The translations under genes were made by a program, and so were the position numbers. Shown here piece after piece: positions 25,007 through 28,567 of a stretch of 28,567 nucleotides of DNA. The notes below the pieces were generated by a model. It was not told the DNA's origin and searched no databases. It worked only from the letters and a program-made list of their open reading frames with translations. The number at the start of each line of letters is the position of its first letter. Position 1 is the stretch's first letter. Where the stretch lies: the IMG/VR virus record IMGVR_UViG_3300018073_000020, positions 1 through 28,567 of that record; one strand, written 5' to 3'. This stretch comes from a virus (taxonomy: Duplodnaviria; Caudoviricetes).

Positions 25007-25872
25007 TGCGATCCACGCAGCCAGGCCAGTGGCGAAACCTGATCTTCGGTCCGGGCACCGCCTACCCGGTGACCGAGATCGACGGTATCGACGGCCTGCC
25101 CGATATCGAAGCGGCCGACGTGGACCGCCCGCAGATCGACGGCGCGTGGACCGGCACCGACCAGGTCTCCCCCCGGGTGATCACGCTCTCGCTGGGCATC
25201 CGCGGCGATAGTCCGACCGACCTGGAGGCCAAGCGCCGGGCCGCGCTGCTCTTACTCGGTCCCTCGCGCAAGGCCGTGGAACGCCTGGTACTCACCGACG
25301 GACGGATCGTCTACGGCAAGTTGCGGCGCTCGGCGATGCCGTCGGACATGGGCTATGACTGGCGGCTGGGAGACATCCACCTCCAGTTCTGGTGCCCGGA
25401 CCCGCGCGTTTACACGGGGCTACCGCAGTCTGCGCTGTTGGTGGCGGGTGGGGCTCGGCTGACCGGGCGCACCTACAAACGTGGCTACACCCTGGCCAGC
25501 GGCGCACCCAACTACGTGGCGCCCAAGGGTTGGCAGTACCCGCCCGCCAGTCAGATGGTCGGACAGACCCAGATGATCAACTATGGCAACGTGGGAGCGC
25601 CGGTCGACTGTCAGCTCACCGGGCCGCTACTGAACCCGACCATCGAAGTGGTGGGCAACACCCTGTTTCCGATCAACGTCTCGCTCGGGTCCACCGACGT
25701 GCTGCTCGTGACCCGGGACTATCACGTGATCTTGAACGGAGTCGAGCGCCGCGACCTGATCGGCATCGGGGCACAGTGGCCGGTCATCCCGCCCGGCACC
25801 TGGACGGTCCGGCTGTTCGCGCAGTCGGGCAACGGGACCTGTTACGTCGCCACGCAGAGCGCGTACCTGTGA
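25006..25872 (+). CDS. Distal tail (Dit)-like minor tail protein
   Basis: IDGLPDI...RPQIDG...PRVITL, FWCPDPRVY, NYGNVGAP..GPLLNP; follows tape measure. Confidence 0.85.
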   Translation: MRSTQPGQWRNLIFGPGTAYPVTEIDGIDGLPDIEAADVDRPQIDGAWTGTDQVSPRVITLSLGIRGDSPTDLEAKRRAALLLLGPSRKAVERLVLTDGRIVYGKLRRSAMPSDMGYDWRLGDIHLQFWCPDPRVYTGLPQSALLVAGGARLTGRTYKRGYTLASGAPNYVAPKGWQYPPASQMVGQTQMINYGNVGAPVDCQLTGPLLNPTIEVVGNTLFPINVSLGSTDVLLVTRDYHVILNGVERRDLIGIGAQWPVIPPGTWTVRLFAQSGNGTCYVATQSAYL

Positions 25873-25885
25873 CGGTGATGATCAT

Positions 25886-26998
25886 ATGACCGGATTCGGC
25901 GGTGGTACATCCACCACGCTCATCGTGCGGGCCATCCAAACGAAACAGGTACTGGCCACCGCTCCCTGGTCGAGCCTGACCTATGAGTCCCGGATCAACG
26001 CGGCCGGACCGCTGCAAGCCACCATCCCGGTGTTCGATGGCGGGCTGGTCGACGTCATGTTGCCGGGCCGGGTGATGATCGGCGTGCTGCGCGGGTCCAT
26101 CCCGATGTGGTCGGGCATCCTGTGGAAACGGGCCATGAACGCAGACGGCCTGATGCAGATCAGTTGTGACGAGATCATGTCCTACTGGGACCGGCGCCGA
26201 ATCCGGCAAACCATGATCTTTACTCAGATCGATCAATCCTCGATCCTGTCCACGCTGATCGACCTACCGCAGCGCGACCCCTACGGGGCGCTCGGCGTGA
26301 CCACCATCGGCAACGTCATCACCGGCAAGCGTCGAGACCGCACCTACTACGGGGCGGACCGCAAGAGCTACGGCGAGATGATCCGCAACCTGTGCGGCGT
26401 GATCGACGGGCCGGATATCAAGTCGAGCCCCATCTACGCCAACGGGATCTGGTCAGACCGGTTCGAAGTCGGCTACCCGCGGTTGGGTCGCAGCCTGGCG
26501 CAGAGCCACCTGACGTTCATCGTCGGGGTGAACTGCGAGATCGTCGAGTGGGAGGAGGACGGCGCGTCCTCAACTACGTTCATCGACTGCGTATCGACCA
26601 ACACCGCCGATGCGTCCAACCCGCTGTTCGCTTCCTATGAGGCGCGGTTCATGTACGGCGCCGGATGGGTGCGCCTGGAGGACGCGCTGAGCTTCACCGA
26701 CGTGTCCGTGCAATCCACGCTCGATGAGAAGGCCAAAGCCGAGCAGGCCGCGCGGTCCGGCATCATCCTTTCGGTCAAGATCAAACTACCGGACGCGGAC
26801 GAGGATCCGATCATGGGCAGCTACGGGGTGGGGGATGACTGTCGGCTGATCGTGCCCCCGGGCCCCGCGTTCGTAGACGGCTACGACATTCAAGTGCGCA
26901 TCGCCGCGATCTCCGTGCAGGCCGGACAGATGGACACCGTCACCATCACGATGGCGCCTGCGCTGCTCGACGGCACCACGATCATCCCGGTGCCCTAG
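25886..26998 (+). CDS. Minor tail (baseplate hub-like) protein
   Basis: WSGILW, SYWDRR, GYPRLG, YGVGDDCRL motifs; follows Dit. Confidence 0.8.
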   Translation: MTGFGGGTSTTLIVRAIQTKQVLATAPWSSLTYESRINAAGPLQATIPVFDGGLVDVMLPGRVMIGVLRGSIPMWSGILWKRAMNADGLMQISCDEIMSYWDRRRIRQTMIFTQIDQSSILSTLIDLPQRDPYGALGVTTIGNVITGKRRDRTYYGADRKSYGEMIRNLCGVIDGPDIKSSPIYANGIWSDRFEVGYPRLGRSLAQSHLTFIVGVNCEIVEWEEDGASSTTFIDCVSTNTADASNPLFASYEARFMYGAGWVRLEDALSFTDVSVQSTLDEKAKAEQAARSGIILSVKIKLPDADEDPIMGSYGVGDDCRLIVPPGPAFVDGYDIQVRIAAISVQAGQMDTVTITMAPALLDGTTIIPVP

Positions 26999-27008
26999 GA
27001 GGCCGCCC

Positions 27009-28193
27009 ATGACCCGCGTCGCTCGCTCGATCGAACTCTCGGAATGGCTCACGCGCACCGAAGAGCGACTGTCCACGGCCGAGCGCCGGTTAGCTGCCGC
27101 CGCACGCCCCGCGCAGGGCTCCACTGCGGTGATCACCGGGCCCAACCTGTTGCCCAACCCGGGCTATGAGGGCAAACGCCTGGACGGATGGGTGAACTCG
27201 CAACAGGGCCTGTTGGTCGGCGGCCCGGACGCGCTAGCGGGCGACTGGTCGTTCCGCATGAGCCACGTGGCTTCCACCCCCGTGGTCACCCGGGAGAAAC
27301 GATCTTTCGATATCTCCCCCTACGCCTGGCGCAACTACACCGGGGCTAACGCGTTCAAACCGGCTACCGGCTCCGATGGAGTGGATCACGCCTGGCAAGG
27401 CCAGTTCGATGCGGTGGACGGCAACACCCGCTCTTACCTCTGGTACGACCCGGCCGGGTTCGCCGAAGCGGTGGGCACCATCGCCGGGGACTGGGAATCG
27501 TTCGACCTGTTGATCTTCTGGGAGCACTGGTACTGGTCCGAAGGCGGCATCGCGGTGATCGGCGCGCACACCGTGAGCACCCCACCCGCGACCGGCGCCA
27601 TCGGACCCACCACCAACTCATTCCCCAATCTGGTGCAATACCAGTGGCCGGGCCGCTACCTGACGGGTTCCTGCAACCTGATCAACATCGGCGGGATCGC
27701 CGACCGGATCCGGGACGGCACACTACGCGGCATCGAGCTGGGCCCTGGTCCCACCACGAACCTGACCTACTACGGGTACGCCCGGCCCTACGATGCCCGG
27801 CTGCGCGCCACGTTTTGGAAGACGACCAGCATTTCGATCACCGGGCTGTCGTCGGAAGTGCGCTCACTCGGGATGGGCGTGTCGGGTAACAACGTCAAGT
27901 GGAACGCACAGACCGTGGTCAAATCCACCGTCCCGGCGGCGGCCAAGCTGGGCGTGTGGTGGCGCAACGCGGGCGGCACCGTGACCGATGTGGACGTGGC
28001 CACGGTCAACCTGGGCGCCAACGCCACCACCCCGATGGCGGGCACCACCGCAGCCGCGTTCTCCGACGTCGCCGTGGATCTCGGCGTCTACCTCAAGGTG
28101 ACCGGTAGCCCACCGTCGGACGGGTCGGGGACCACCATCCCCTGGAACTACACGGTCGACGACTGGATCTTGCGTCAGCAAATCGCAGGCTAG
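27009..28193 (+). CDS. Minor tail protein with CBM-like elements
   Basis: N-terminal coiled coil (ERLSTAERRL), NLLPNPGYE, aromatic-rich beta domains. Confidence 0.75.
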   Translation: MTRVARSIELSEWLTRTEERLSTAERRLAAAARPAQGSTAVITGPNLLPNPGYEGKRLDGWVNSQQGLLVGGPDALAGDWSFRMSHVASTPVVTREKRSFDISPYAWRNYTGANAFKPATGSDGVDHAWQGQFDAVDGNTRSYLWYDPAGFAEAVGTIAGDWESFDLLIFWEHWYWSEGGIAVIGAHTVSTPPATGAIGPTTNSFPNLVQYQWPGRYLTGSCNLINIGGIADRIRDGTLRGIELGPGPTTNLTYYGYARPYDARLRATFWKTTSISITGLSSEVRSLGMGVSGNNVKWNAQTVVKSTVPAAAKLGVWWRNAGGTVTDVDVATVNLGANATTPMAGTTAAAFSDVAVDLGVYLKVTGSPPSDGSGTTIPWNYTVDDWILRQQIAG

Positions 28194-28201
28194 GAGAGAT
28201 C

Positions 28202-28567
28202 ATGACGTTGAAAGCGCTGTACCTGCAAAGCGGGGCCTACAACGCGCTCGATGATCGGATGCTGGCCGGGATGCTGCTCGACGTCGCATCCGACCCACTG
28301 TCCGGGGTGGGCCGCATCGTCACCGGGCTGCTCACCTCGGCCCAAGGCACCCCCAACATGACCGTGTCGGTGTCGCCGGGCCGGGCCATCGTGCCCACCC
28401 CGGCATCGGACGGCGGCGGCTATGCGGTGATGAACGATGCCTCGCTGAATGTCACCGTGACCCCGGTGTCCACGCTGCCGCGGGTGGATCTGATCCTGAT
28501 GGCGGTCGACGACGCCGACTACTCCGGTTCGATCTACGGGCCCAAGATCTACTGTCTGGCGGGCACC
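28202..28567 (+). CDS. Minor tail protein (truncated by window end)
   Basis: AGGAGAG RBS; MTLKALYLQSGAYNALDDR...TPNMTVSVSPGRA...PRVDLI; open to the end. Confidence 0.75.
   Translation, partial: MTLKALYLQSGAYNALDDRMLAGMLLDVASDPLSGVGRIVTGLLTSAQGTPNMTVSVSPGRAIVPTPASDGGGYAVMNDASLNVTVTPVSTLPRVDLILMAVDDADYSGSIYGPKIYCLAGT

Larger units (their letters stand above)
4721..25416. repeat. Dispersed 10-bp motif (C/T)GTGTAAAC(G), 13 copies
   Basis: Plus strand at 4721, 6812, 9369, 10294, 12072, 15700, 17165, 19690, 22035, 22743; minus strand at 5776, 13435, 25407. Confidence 0.9.
1..28567 (+). mobile_element. Actinobacteriophage (siphovirus-like) genome segment
   Basis: Syntenic terminase-portal-protease-capsid-tail-tape measure cluster at 13551-28567, preceded by many small phage-like ORFs; high GC; no host housekeeping genes or integrase in the window, so free phage versus prophage cannot be decided. 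Confidence 0.95.

Noticed and set aside
4721-25416. CRISPR array or att-site interpretation of the repeats
   Set aside because: Repeats are 10-13 bp, irregularly spaced by kilobases; no cas or integrase gene in the window.
218-28181. Numerous long alternative-frame and antisense ORFs (e.g. 2036..3070-, 14297..15292-, 18796..19758-, 12649..13464+)
   Set aside because: Shadow ORFs typical of high-GC DNA: R/G/P/H-rich, no RBS, overlapping better-supported genes.

Overview
High-GC (~68-70%) segment of a tailed actinobacteriophage (siphovirus-type). Bases 1-9.2 kb are a tightly packed rightward run of small, mostly unknown genes: many single-TM or Cys/His-rich proteins, a degenerate DNA-methyltransferase-like ORF and a Holliday-junction-resolvase-like nuclease. 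Bases 9.2-13.5 kb are an accessory zone: a structured non-coding RNA candidate, a host-like secreted AMIN-like protein, a leftward 3-gene operon with a PrnB/IDO-family heme enzyme, a tandem Zn-finger protein and an SprT-like HEXXH protease. From 13.5 kb to the end is the virion module: TerS, TerL, portal, protease, capsid, adaptor, tail completion, major tail, frameshifted tail chaperones, tape measure, Dit and minor tails. Non-gene signals: (i) a shared start-associated motif CGAGAGGATC before many non-structural genes, whose exact antisense is displayed in the loop of a 14-bp hairpin at 9268-9314 (candidate trans-acting sRNA regulon); (ii) 13 copies of a quasi-palindromic CGTGTAAACG site, mostly at gene boundaries; (iii) strong TGATCA/GATC over-representation. 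Family assignments come from motif recognition by eye, not database searches.
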